Shown: piece by piece, positions 19,181 through 28,380 of the stretch
How positions within the stretch are numbered: the first letter of the stretch is position 1
How the letters are laid out: every line of letters begins with the position of its first letter
Source: Bradymonadia bacterium
GTDB lineage: Bacteria > Myxococcota_A > Bradymonadia > UBA7976 > UBA1532
Length of the DNA: 64,000 nucleotides
Assembly (NCBI GenBank): GCA_046290225.1
Contig: JBKAGE010000048.1
Span: 1-64,000 of the forward strand
Direction of reading: 5' to 3'
The notes under the pieces: generated by a model
Told to the model about the DNA's origin: nothing
What the model saw: the letters and a program-made list of their open reading frames with translations, nothing else
Database searches by the model: none
Translations under genes and position numbers: made by a program

Positions 19181-20358
19181 GACAGCACCCGCGTCGTCCA
19201 GTAGTCCCGCAGGAGATGTGATCGAAACAGGTACCGGCCTTCTGACTCTGCGAGGTAGCCGTCGGAGATGAGCACATCCTTGAGATAGGCCAGCGTGCCA
19301 GGGGACATCGGGTGTGATTGGAGCGCCGCCTTCAGCCCGTCGAGACTCACGCCACGGGCGTGAGGCGCGATCACCGACAGGATCACCTCGGCAGAGCGCG
19401 CCAGCTCGGGTCCCAGCTCGTCTTCCAGGCGCTCTTGCCAGTAGCTGAAATAGTTGCGGTGCTGGTGATCCATCAGCTCAGCGTAGGCATGGCGTACCGC
19501 CTCGAGGCTGGGGGCCATGTCTTCGTCTTCACAATAGGCCCGCAGACGATAGAAAAGGATCTGCAGGTGATACGGGATCAACCAGCCGATCCGATCGCAG
19601 ATGTCCTGGCGGACCTCTTCGGGCAGCGCGAGCTGATACTGACGTCCCAGCTGTTCGAGAAAGACGTGTGCATCCTCTTCTGAGAAGGCGCCGAGCCACA
19701 CCACATTCAGATCGTTGATCGTGTCGCCCATGCGCTCGCGCCGAGTCACCGTATCGAGGCCGATGCTGCCGGCGAGCAGCCATCGTGTTCTGGGCTGGAG
19801 CGCCCGGTCGATGCGCAGGTCACGAAACCAGTTGAGGAACGTGCGGGCGCGATCTCGGCCGCCCTCAGCGTCGAGCAGGTTCAGGATGAAGAGGGGCAAC
19901 TCGTCCACCATCCACAACCACTGACCCTTGATCATGTTCAGGGCCTGCTCGAGCCCCTTGGCCATGGTGCGCCACTCCACGACCTCGTCGGTGTTGAACT
20001 CGAGGCCCATGCCGCCTGCGGTGACCTTTTTGACACGCTTGAAGAACGCCTTGAGAGGCCCGTCGAGCAGCCCTGTGATGGCAGCCCTGCCGTCAGGATG
20101 GGCTTCGAGGGTCTCGTAAAGCACCTTGAAGAATTCCACCTCGGTCTTCTGGGCGGCGACACTGCAGTAAAGCGCCTTGAAACCGTGCTGTATCGCGGTG
20201 TCTTCCAAACGCTGAAGCAGCGAGGTCTTGCCCACGCGCCGTGGCGCGAGCAGCAGCACACTGTCGTTCTCAAGGGCTCGCCACAGTCGTCGCTGATCTT
20301 TGACCCGATCGAAGAAGTCGTCGCCCCTCACTGGGGCGCCAGTGATGTTCTTGACCAT
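19177..20358 (-). CDS. AAA/archaeal-ATPase-like P-loop protein
   Basis: GAPVRGDDFFDR, Walker A APRRVGKTS, Walker B WMVDELP, AGSIGL, GWLIPYHLQ; likely ATG 20358; stop overlaps the next gene's start. Confidence 0.8.
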   Translation of the reverse strand: MVKNITGAPVRGDDFFDRVKDQRRLWRALENDSVLLLAPRRVGKTSLLQRLEDTAIQHGFKALYCSVAAQKTEVEFFKVLYETLEAHPDGRAAITGLLDGPLKAFFKRVKKVTAGGMGLEFNTDEVVEWRTMAKGLEQALNMIKGQWLWMVDELPLFILNLLDAEGGRDRARTFLNWFRDLRIDRALQPRTRWLLAGSIGLDTVTRRERMGDTINDLNVVWLGAFSEEDAHVFLEQLGRQYQLALPEEVRQDICDRIGWLIPYHLQILFYRLRAYCEDEDMAPSLEAVRHAYAELMDHQHRNYFSYWQERLEDELGPELARSAEVILSVIAPHARGVSLDGLKAALQSHPMSPGTLAYLKDVLISDGYLAESEGRYLFRSHLLRDYWTTRVLS

Positions 20359-20542
20359 CGAATGGCTCCACAAAATACAACGCAACTGTTTTACAACGTA
20401 TTCGTTTTGTTGCGAAGGCTGTTGAGGACTGCGCTGAGGCCATACACTTCGAGGTTGTCCCGGCCCGCCGCTCAACTCCTGCCTTGAAGTGCTCGACATA
20501 CACAGATGAGTGTCGAGCGCCCATGAGGCAGAGGGTGGAGCT

Positions 20543-21607
20543 GTGCGAAGCGCGATCATCATGGTGTTGTGGGTGTTGAGCGGGTGCCGCTCCACCACTG
20601 ATCCCGTGACGCCAGAGGCTGCACCACCCCAGCCTGCTGTTCTGGCATCAGCTGGGCATGTCTGCCCTGCGCCAAGCCCCTTCAAAGGGATCACCAAGCC
20701 ACGGCATGACATGGTGCAGTTCGTCCGGTTGCTGCGGCAATACGCTGACTGCAAGCGGCCAGGCTTCGTGCTGGTACCGCAGAACGCGCCAGAGCTCGGG
20801 GTCGAGGCGGGGTACATCGACGCCGTCGACGGGGTGGCCCGAGAAGATCTCTACTATGGCGCCGACGGCGATGGGGTGCTTACACCTGCAGACTGGACCA
20901 GGGCATGGCAGCGCGATCTCGATCGCTTCAAGCGTGCCGGCAAGGTCGTGCTCTCGGTCGACTACCCCTTCACCGATGCCGATCGGCCACAGGACGATGC
21001 CGCAGCTCTCGAGCGGGTGAAGGCTGGCTATACGCAGGCCAGCGCCCGGGGCTATGTGCACTTTGCTGCCGTGCGAGCGCTCAATCACCCCACGGTGCAC
21101 GCCGCTTTTTCTCCGCAACCGCCGAAGACAGCTCGGCGCACCCTCTCACAGGTGAAGAGCTGGCTCTACATGCTGCAGCCCGCCGAGGGGATGAGTCGAG
21201 CAGGCTATCTCGAAGCCCTCGCCAGTGCCGGTTATGATCTCATCGTCACCGATCCCGAACATCACGGGGATCCGCTGAGCAGCGAAGAAGTGACTGCGTT
21301 GAAGCAGCGCAGCAAGGCTCTGTTGCTGGCATATCTCTCCATCGGCGAGGCCGAGACCTATCGAGCCTACTGGCACCCTGTCTGGGATGCCGCGGTCGAT
21401 GGGATCCCCGATCCGGGGGCACCGCGATGGCTGGTGGGGGCGAACCCTCAGTGGCCCGATAACTATACAGTGCGTTACTGGATGCCCGAATGGCAGGCGC
21501 TGGTCCTCGAGCGGCTCGATGCAATCATCGAGGCGGGCTTCGACGGGGCATACCTCGATCTCGTCGACGCGTACACGTGCTTCGAATCGGGCCGGTGCAC
21601 ACCATGA
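20543..21607 (+). CDS. Lipoprotein, endo-alpha-1,4-polygalactosaminidase-like glycoside hydrolase (GH114/PelA-hydrolase related)
   Basis: Lipobox LSG-C; VPQNA, DGVAREDLYY, VLSVDY, AYLSIGEAETYRAYW, NPQWPDNYTVRYW, GFDGAYLDLVDAY. Confidence 0.8.
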   Translation: MRSAIIMVLWVLSGCRSTTDPVTPEAAPPQPAVLASAGHVCPAPSPFKGITKPRHDMVQFVRLLRQYADCKRPGFVLVPQNAPELGVEAGYIDAVDGVAREDLYYGADGDGVLTPADWTRAWQRDLDRFKRAGKVVLSVDYPFTDADRPQDDAAALERVKAGYTQASARGYVHFAAVRALNHPTVHAAFSPQPPKTARRTLSQVKSWLYMLQPAEGMSRAGYLEALASAGYDLIVTDPEHHGDPLSSEEVTALKQRSKALLLAYLSIGEAETYRAYWHPVWDAAVDGIPDPGAPRWLVGANPQWPDNYTVRYWMPEWQALVLERLDAIIEAGFDGAYLDLVDAYTCFESGRCTP

Positions 21608-23877
21608 AGCGCGCTGAACTGCTCTCACCGCGGGGGGTGCTCGCCCTCCTGGGGCTGTGTGGTGTCCTCTATGGTGCGCTCTGGTGGCATCAGAGCCCCA
21701 TGGCCAAGGCGGAGCAGGGCGCAACCCGTGGATCACAGGCCACCGAAGGTGCGCATCACATCGACGGCGCGCCGCAGTTCTCCATGAAGCCACCCGCCTG
21801 GCTCAACGCACCCTTCGAAGTGCCCGCGATGCCTCGGAAGATCTTGTCGCTCTATGGCAGCCACGAATGGGTGGAGGAAGAAGACGAGGGTCGCACCTGG
21901 CGCACCGAAGTGGGCCCCGGGAACAACCCGCTGCACATCCACGGAGAGCTGATCCTCAACCACCTGGGCCTCACGGTGGAGCATCGCGACATCAATGACG
22001 TGAAAGGCCTGCCCGACGAGGCGGCGATGTCGGCCTATCGAGGGGTGGTGGTCTGGCTCAGAGACGATCGGAGCGCTGATCCCGAGGGGCTGTTGCGGTG
22101 GTATCAGGCCCAGGCGCTGGCTGGACGCCCGATCGTCTTCATGGCGTCGACAGGGGCGTTGGCTGATCTCGATGATCGGCCTGTCGATCCTGTCTTGATG
22201 GTGCAGACTTTCGAGGCCCTGGGCATACGCTTCGGTGTTCGGGAGTCCTGGGCGGTCGAAGACATCGCCGTCGATCCCGTGAAAACGCCCTGGCTGGGGT
22301 TCGAGGCCCCCGTGCCTCTCGTGGCGCCTTACTGGCGTGAGGTGGAGGCCATCGACGAGGAGACCGAGGTTTGGCTGAGGCTGCACCACACCGAATACCA
22401 GGCGAGCGCCGATGCGGTCTTCGTCGGGGACAAGGCGTCCTTCGTGATGCAGGGTTATGCCATCCAAGAATCCAAGGTGGGCGATCGGTGGGTGAGGCAG
22501 TGGATCATCGATCCCTTTGCGTTTTTCGAACGGGCCTTCGATCTCGTCGGCGCCCCCCGGCTGGACTTCACCACGCTCAACGGAAGTCGCCTGTTCTACG
22601 CCCACATCGATGGTGACGGCATGGGCACCATCAGCGAGCTCGATCGACGCAGCCGCTGTGGCCAGATCGTCCGGGACAGGCTGCTCGAGGCCTACCCCCT
22701 GCCCACGACAGTCTCGGTGGTGGTGGGGCGCGTGCAGCCCCGACCAGAGGGCAGGGGATCTGCGGCGGACGTGGCCCTGGCCCGATCGATCTTCGCGCTG
22801 CCCCAGGTCGAGGTGGCCAGTCACGGCCTCAGCCACCCTATGGACTGGCGGGCAGGCCACAAGGCTGTGCTCTCAGTCCCCGATTTGCCTGGATACACCT
22901 TGAGCGCAGAGGGGGAGATCGAGCGATCGAGGCAGTACATCGACGACCATCTGGCGCCCCCAGGCAAGCCCACTCGAGTCATGTTGTGGACGGGCTGGTG
23001 CAACCCCGACGCCGATCAAATCGCCGTGGCCGACCGACTGGGGCTGTATCACCTCAATGGTGGCGATGGCCGTATGGACAGGCTCTATCCATCCTATGCC
23101 CACCTGGCTCCGCCCATTCATCGGGTGGGTGATCGCTTTCAGTTCTTCACCAGCGCCGCCAACGACTTCATCCTCACCGATGACTGGCAGCCGCCCTACT
23201 ATCGCTTCGGCAACATCGTCGACACCTTCGAGCGATCAGGTGCGCCCCGGCGGATCTTGCCGGTGAACCTGTACTACCACTTCTACATCGCACAGAAGTC
23301 CTCGGCGATGGCGGGCATCGAGCGGGCCTACGACTGGATCATGACGCAGCCTCTGGCGCCGGTCTTCGTGAGCGAGTACCTCGACATCGTCAAAGACTTC
23401 TACTACGGCCAGATCGCCCGGATCGGACCTTCGAAGTGGGCTGTACGGACCGACGGGGCGCTGCGTACCGTGCGCTTCGACGGCCCGCCGATTCATGTCG
23501 ATCTCGAAGCCTCTCCAGGTGTGATCGGATGGCTCTATGTACCTGAGGTGGATGCCAGCTATGTGCACCTCAGCGGCCCCGAGGCGGTGATCCAGCTCCG
23601 CGAGACTGCAGGTCCACCCATGCTCTATGTTGCTCGGGCGAGCCACCACATCGATGGCATTACCCGTACCAGGAAAGGGCTGGTGCTCCGGATGCGGGGC
23701 GTGGGCCACAAGACCCTGGTGCTCGGGGGTGCCCACCGCGAGCGCCAGTACGTGCTCAGCTACAACGCACCGTCAGGGAAGTTGGAGAGCCTCGTTGTCG
23801 TCAGTGATGACATTGGGCGGTTGACTTTCGAAGTGCCTCAGGACGGCGCCATCAGCGTGCACGTGAGCCTCCGATGA
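21604..23877 (+). CDS. PelA-like polysaccharide deacetylase lacking the N-terminal hydrolase domain
   Basis: DFTTLNGSRLFYAHIDGDG, EVASHGLSHP, WTGWCNP, LNGGD, YYHFY match the PelA C-terminal deacetylase region; ATGA overlap with the upstream gene; N-terminal TM. Confidence 0.8.
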   Translation: MKRAELLSPRGVLALLGLCGVLYGALWWHQSPMAKAEQGATRGSQATEGAHHIDGAPQFSMKPPAWLNAPFEVPAMPRKILSLYGSHEWVEEEDEGRTWRTEVGPGNNPLHIHGELILNHLGLTVEHRDINDVKGLPDEAAMSAYRGVVVWLRDDRSADPEGLLRWYQAQALAGRPIVFMASTGALADLDDRPVDPVLMVQTFEALGIRFGVRESWAVEDIAVDPVKTPWLGFEAPVPLVAPYWREVEAIDEETEVWLRLHHTEYQASADAVFVGDKASFVMQGYAIQESKVGDRWVRQWIIDPFAFFERAFDLVGAPRLDFTTLNGSRLFYAHIDGDGMGTISELDRRSRCGQIVRDRLLEAYPLPTTVSVVVGRVQPRPEGRGSAADVALARSIFALPQVEVASHGLSHPMDWRAGHKAVLSVPDLPGYTLSAEGEIERSRQYIDDHLAPPGKPTRVMLWTGWCNPDADQIAVADRLGLYHLNGGDGRMDRLYPSYAHLAPPIHRVGDRFQFFTSAANDFILTDDWQPPYYRFGNIVDTFERSGAPRRILPVNLYYHFYIAQKSSAMAGIERAYDWIMTQPLAPVFVSEYLDIVKDFYYGQIARIGPSKWAVRTDGALRTVRFDGPPIHVDLEASPGVIGWLYVPEVDASYVHLSGPEAVIQLRETAGPPMLYVARASHHIDGITRTRKGLVLRMRGVGHKTLVLGGAHRERQYVLSYNAPSGKLESLVVVSDDIGRLTFEVPQDGAISVHVSLR

Positions 23878-25277
23878 GCGCGCAGCTGCTCTACACCGTG
23901 CTCTGCGTGCTCACTGGCGGGGCCAGCGTCTTGTGGCTCATCGTGCCTGATGATCGAATGCTGGGCCGCATGTACGAGGCTGATCGCAACCTGCCTGCAG
24001 CGGTGAGTGCCCTGGAGCGCTGGGTGGGCGAACATCCCGAGGACGAAGCTACATTGCTCTACCTCGTGCAGCTGCGTCAGAACCAGGGTCGCCCTGATCA
24101 GGCGAGGGCGATCTTGAGAGCGATGATCGACCGCTGGCCTCAGCGAGTCGATCTGCGACGCCGGCTCATCGGCATCATGGAGAGCGAGAACCAGGTGGCG
24201 CGGACGCTCCCTGAGTACGAAGCTCTCTATGCGCTCACCCCCAATGATCGCACCCTCGCGGAGAAGCTCGCCGATTTATACCGTCACCTGGGGCACGAAG
24301 GGCAGCTGATCGATCAGCTGAAGCGGGTCATCAACCTCGGTGCTGATCCGGCGCTCAGCGCCGAGTTGATGTCATTGTTGATGTTCCATCAGCGGTACGA
24401 CGAGGTGGTGGAGCTCCTGCAAGTGGAGTTGAGCAGACGCCCGGGCTCGGCGGTGTTGAGGCGGCAGCTTGCCCAGGTATACGGGAAGTCGGGTCGCACC
24501 GAAGAGGCCATCGCCATGTGGCAGATGCTGAATCGAGAGCACGCCGGGGATCGGGAGGTCTTCGAGAGCATGCTCGCCGCGATGCTCGACGGTGGCCAGG
24601 TTGAAGGCGCCCTCGACGCCATCGAGGAGCGCCTCGACCACCATCCTGATGACATGACTTTCACAGATCAGCTCGTGTCGTTGCTGGTGCATCACGCGCG
24701 AGAGGCTGCAGCCATCGCCACCTTGGAGCGTACCCTGGCGCGGCGCTGGTCTGCGCGGCATGGCATGTTGCTGGCGCGCCTGCGCGTAGAGCAGGGTGAG
24801 AAGAAAGCCGCCCTGGCCGTGTACCGCACGCTGGTGGGCGACGACACCATCGAACGGCGCCTCAAGCTCCGGTTGCGCAAGGAGATGGCCGAGCTGCTCG
24901 TGGCCCGTCGGGCCCATCGCTCCGCTGCGACACAGCTGGAGATCGTCGCGGAGAGTCGCCCTCGGGACCTCGCGGTGCGCACCATGCTGGTCAACAGCTA
25001 CGAGGCCATGAAGCGGCCTCGAAAGGCGCTGCCCCACGCCAGGGCCAGGGTGAAGCTGAAGCCAGAGCAGGCCAGCTTCAGACGCGATCTGGTCTGGCTG
25101 CTCGACGCCGTGGGTCAACACCGCGCCGCGCTGCCTCACACACGATGGCTGGTACAGCACACGCGACCCTCAGTGGCTTTGCTGCGGTTGCATGGCCGGA
25201 TCGCCGAGGCCGCAGGATCACAGCAAGAGGCCATCAAGGCATACGAGCGGGCACTGAAGGCGTCGACCCCTCAGTAA
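23874..25277 (+). CDS. Membrane-anchored TPR protein (PelB TPR-region-like)
   Basis: N-terminal TM, then continuous TPR-like helical repeats (e.g. LRRQLAQVYGKSGRTEEAIAMW); located in the pel-like operon. Confidence 0.65.
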   Translation: MSAQLLYTVLCVLTGGASVLWLIVPDDRMLGRMYEADRNLPAAVSALERWVGEHPEDEATLLYLVQLRQNQGRPDQARAILRAMIDRWPQRVDLRRRLIGIMESENQVARTLPEYEALYALTPNDRTLAEKLADLYRHLGHEGQLIDQLKRVINLGADPALSAELMSLLMFHQRYDEVVELLQVELSRRPGSAVLRRQLAQVYGKSGRTEEAIAMWQMLNREHAGDREVFESMLAAMLDGGQVEGALDAIEERLDHHPDDMTFTDQLVSLLVHHAREAAAIATLERTLARRWSARHGMLLARLRVEQGEKKAALAVYRTLVGDDTIERRLKLRLRKEMAELLVARRAHRSAATQLEIVAESRPRDLAVRTMLVNSYEAMKRPRKALPHARARVKLKPEQASFRRDLVWLLDAVGQHRAALPHTRWLVQHTRPSVALLRLHGRIAEAAGSQQEAIKAYERALKASTPQ

Positions 25278-25310
25278 AACCAGGGGCTCAAGTGGTCGAA
25301 TACATCATCT

Positions 25311-26198
25311 GTGATGAGATCTTTCTTCCGAGCCTGGCCTGTCCTCTCGAGGGCATGGCCTCTGACCGTGCTGGCGCTGTGTTGCTGGGCTTCGGTGTGC
25401 GCAGCCTCGCCGAGTGAGGCGGCACGTCGCGACGACATGGCGCGGTTGGCGGGTCTCTATGTCGAAGGGCAACAACCCGATCGCGCCCTCGAACTCTATG
25501 GGCGGCTCGCTGCAGAGGAGCCGGATCAGGTCGAGTGGTGGCGACTGCAAGCAGAGTTGCTCGAGCGCCAGCCGGCGCGTCATCAGGCGTACTTCGATGT
25601 GCTCAAGCAGTGGTGGACTCACCATCGAGGTGATCTGGAGCCCGGTGAGCGGCTGGTGGACTACTACTTGAAGCACTCCACCCCTGCCCATGCCCTGAAC
25701 ATGGTGAGCCGGGTGCATCGGCATCACCCGGATGCCATCGACGTCCTGCGACAGATGGCTCATCTTCAGGCCGTCACCGGTGACTCGGCGGCGGCGTTGA
25801 GCACCAGGGCGCAGATTGTACGACACCCTCAGCGCACAGCAGATGATCATCGCGAGCACCTCGAGGCCATGGCCACGGCAAAGCCGTCGATGAACCTTAC
25901 CGAGGCGTGGGCCGAGCTGCACCGGCGCTTCCCCCGTCATCCCGACATCGTCTACGGCTGGGCAGAGTCGCTGGTGAGCCACGGTCGTATGGATGTCGCC
26001 GCGCCCATCGTGGAGCAGGGCTTGAGGCGTCACCCCGGTGAGGGGCGCTGGCGCGCGCTCAAGCGAGATATCGATGCTGAGCATGCAGAGGCCGCTCGGG
26101 CCCGACTGAAGGTGGAGACCACCCGCCGACGCGATCGCACTGGCCGCCTCGATGCCGAGGCCCGCCGTCGGCGACTGCGCCTCTCGGAGGATTTCTGA
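25311..26198 (+). CDS. Secreted TPR-like protein in the pel-like operon
   Basis: Signal peptide; LAGLYVEGQQPDRALELY and similar helical repeats; stop overlaps the next start. Confidence 0.6.
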   Translation: MMRSFFRAWPVLSRAWPLTVLALCCWASVCAASPSEAARRDDMARLAGLYVEGQQPDRALELYGRLAAEEPDQVEWWRLQAELLERQPARHQAYFDVLKQWWTHHRGDLEPGERLVDYYLKHSTPAHALNMVSRVHRHHPDAIDVLRQMAHLQAVTGDSAAALSTRAQIVRHPQRTADDHREHLEAMATAKPSMNLTEAWAELHRRFPRHPDIVYGWAESLVSHGRMDVAAPIVEQGLRRHPGEGRWRALKRDIDAEHAEAARARLKVETTRRRDRTGRLDAEARRRRLRLSEDF

Positions 26199-27379
26199 TG
26201 GCGCGGGGGCGCGAGCATACCCTGGGGCATTGGGCCTTCCTGGTCGAGGGGGCCGCCTTCATGGGGATCATGGTGATCCTCAACCTGAGTTTCGTCAGTG
26301 AGTCGCCAGGCTTCGCAGGGTGGAGCCCTCACCCCTATCTGCTGGTCATCTTGCTCATCACCGGGCGCTATGGCTTCACCTCTGGCGTACTCGTGGGCGC
26401 CCTCGCCAGCGCGATCTACTTCACCCAGCTGGTGGTGGGGGTCGATGTGGTGTCCTGGCGTGACTTCTTGTCGCTCGAATACGGGCAGCCCGTCATGATG
26501 ATCATGGCCCTGGCCTGTGTGCTCGGCATCATCATCGATCATCACCGTCAGCAGCTCTCCACCGCACAAGCCGCCCTCGCCGAGGCCGAGCATCGTCTCG
26601 AGGCGTTGACGAGTGATCATGCCTCTCTGAGGGCGGCGAACGTGGCCCTGGCAGATCGGGTCGTCGGCGCCGACGCCACCGTGCCGATCCTGTATCGCTA
26701 CGCTCGACTGCTCAACTCCACCCAGCCCGAAGAGATCTACCGGGGCGTGCTCACCATCCTCGCCGAGGCCTTTCGGGCAGAGCGCGCGGCGCTCTACACC
26801 CTGGTGGATGGTCAGCCGGAGAAACTGGTGGGCACTGGCAGCGATCGCCCACCGTTGTGGAGCCACCTCGCCCGCGCGCTCACTCAAGGCGGCATGGTCA
26901 CTGTGGAAGATCTACCCGGCCATGGTGAGGGGACCCCGCCATTGTATCTCGCAGGCAGCCTCCGTGAAGGCCTCGACGGGCCTGTGGTGGGGGTGCTCAT
27001 CGTCGAGCAGATGCCCTTCATGAAATACAACCGCGCGGCGATCCGGCTGTTCCAGTCTTTGCTGGAGTGGGTGTCGAACAGCCTCGGGAACGCCGCTCAG
27101 CTGCAGCAATTGCCCATCGGAGCGCGTACTGCCTTCATCGAGGCGGCCCATCAACAAGGCCGCAAGATGGCCGAGCGGCTGCGGCGCGAAGGTGAGCTGA
27201 CCTTGGAGAACATCTTCGAGTCGTGTGATCTCAGTGGCGGCGTCACCTCTGAGGTGAGCGCGAACATGTCCGACGTCGTCGACATCCTCGAGCATGATGT
27301 ACCCCGCGGCGGTCACACTCAGCCCGATCTGGCACCCCTGCAGCACACCACTGGAGCACGTTTCGGAGAGCGGTCGTGA
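26198..27379 (+). CDS. pelD: PelD-like membrane protein (TM region + coiled coil + GAF)
   Basis: PHPYLLVILLITGRYGFTSG TM motif, coiled coil, GAF with VGVLIVEQMPFMKYN; position before pelE/F/G. Confidence 0.65.
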   Translation: MARGREHTLGHWAFLVEGAAFMGIMVILNLSFVSESPGFAGWSPHPYLLVILLITGRYGFTSGVLVGALASAIYFTQLVVGVDVVSWRDFLSLEYGQPVMMIMALACVLGIIIDHHRQQLSTAQAALAEAEHRLEALTSDHASLRAANVALADRVVGADATVPILYRYARLLNSTQPEEIYRGVLTILAEAFRAERAALYTLVDGQPEKLVGTGSDRPPLWSHLARALTQGGMVTVEDLPGHGEGTPPLYLAGSLREGLDGPVVGVLIVEQMPFMKYNRAAIRLFQSLLEWVSNSLGNAAQLQQLPIGARTAFIEAAHQQGRKMAERLRREGELTLENIFESCDLSGGVTSEVSANMSDVVDILEHDVPRGGHTQPDLAPLQHTTGARFGERS

Positions 27380-28380
27380 AGGCTCTCGCTCTGGCGGTGG
27401 TGGGCGTCTTCGTCGAAGGGGCCATGGTGTTTCGTGCCGAGGGCATGCCGAACCTTACTGCAGGTGGAATCGCCTTTGTGCTCGGTCTGCACTTCGCCGC
27501 CGCTGTCTTGTGTGGTGAAGCGTTGAGGGCGCGCATGCACGCTCATCTCCCTGAAGGCGGGCTGTACGGGCTCGGCCTGGGCATGGCGCTCTTGATGCCT
27601 ATTTTCGGTGTACTCGGCGTGCTCTCCATGGTGCTCGTGCCCCCACGACACACGACACGGCGCAAGGCCCTCGACACGCCAGAGCGGGCTCGGGCCCGAG
27701 CCCAACAACGCGCCAGGGATACGCGGAGAGCAGCCAAGTGGTTCACCGCCGATATCGAGGTCATCGCCGAGGCCCTCGACGATGCCGACGTGCAGCTGAG
27801 GCTCGGCGCCGTGGAGGCGCTGGCCCGTCGGACCGATCCCGAGGCTGTGCGGTTGCTGCAGCGCGCTCGGGAGAACGCCTCTTTCGAAGTGAGGTTCAGG
27901 GCGGTCTCCGCACTCGGCACGCTCGGGCTGCGGTACAGCCGCCGGATCGCCCAGGCTCGCCGGGCCCTCGAAGAGAGGCCCGCTGATCTCGACCTGCGGG
28001 TGGCTCTGGCGAAGCTGTATCTCGAGTATCACCGACTGGGCGTTGAGGATGCACAGGCTGGGCGCACCATGCTCGACGCCGCCAACGCGTTGTTCCAGCA
28101 GGTCTCCGAGCACCAGCGCTTGCCCGTGAGCGAGCTCGTCGACTGGGCGCGCTGCATGACGGAGCTGGGACGGCCTGCAGAGGCCTTCGAGCTGCTGTCT
28201 CAGCGAGAGCGGGCTGGTGATACCGCAGGTGAGTTGCTCGCCACCCTCGCGGAAATCTGCTTCCACCGAGGCGCACTGGACGAGGTGAGGCGGTACTCGA
28301 GAGAGGCTCTGGCCACAGGGGCGCTCAAAGCAGCCACCCGTGACACCTTACAGCACTGGGCAGAGGAGAGGGCGGCATGA
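27376..28380 (+). CDS. pelE: PelE-like membrane protein (TM + HEAT/TPR)
   Basis: N-terminal TMs with LLMPIFG; HEAT-like LRLGAVEAL...EVRFRAVSAL; TPR tail; operon position. Confidence 0.7.
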   Translation: MKALALAVVGVFVEGAMVFRAEGMPNLTAGGIAFVLGLHFAAAVLCGEALRARMHAHLPEGGLYGLGLGMALLMPIFGVLGVLSMVLVPPRHTTRRKALDTPERARARAQQRARDTRRAAKWFTADIEVIAEALDDADVQLRLGAVEALARRTDPEAVRLLQRARENASFEVRFRAVSALGTLGLRYSRRIAQARRALEERPADLDLRVALAKLYLEYHRLGVEDAQAGRTMLDAANALFQQVSEHQRLPVSELVDWARCMTELGRPAEAFELLSQRERAGDTAGELLATLAEICFHRGALDEVRRYSREALATGALKAATRDTLQHWAEERAA

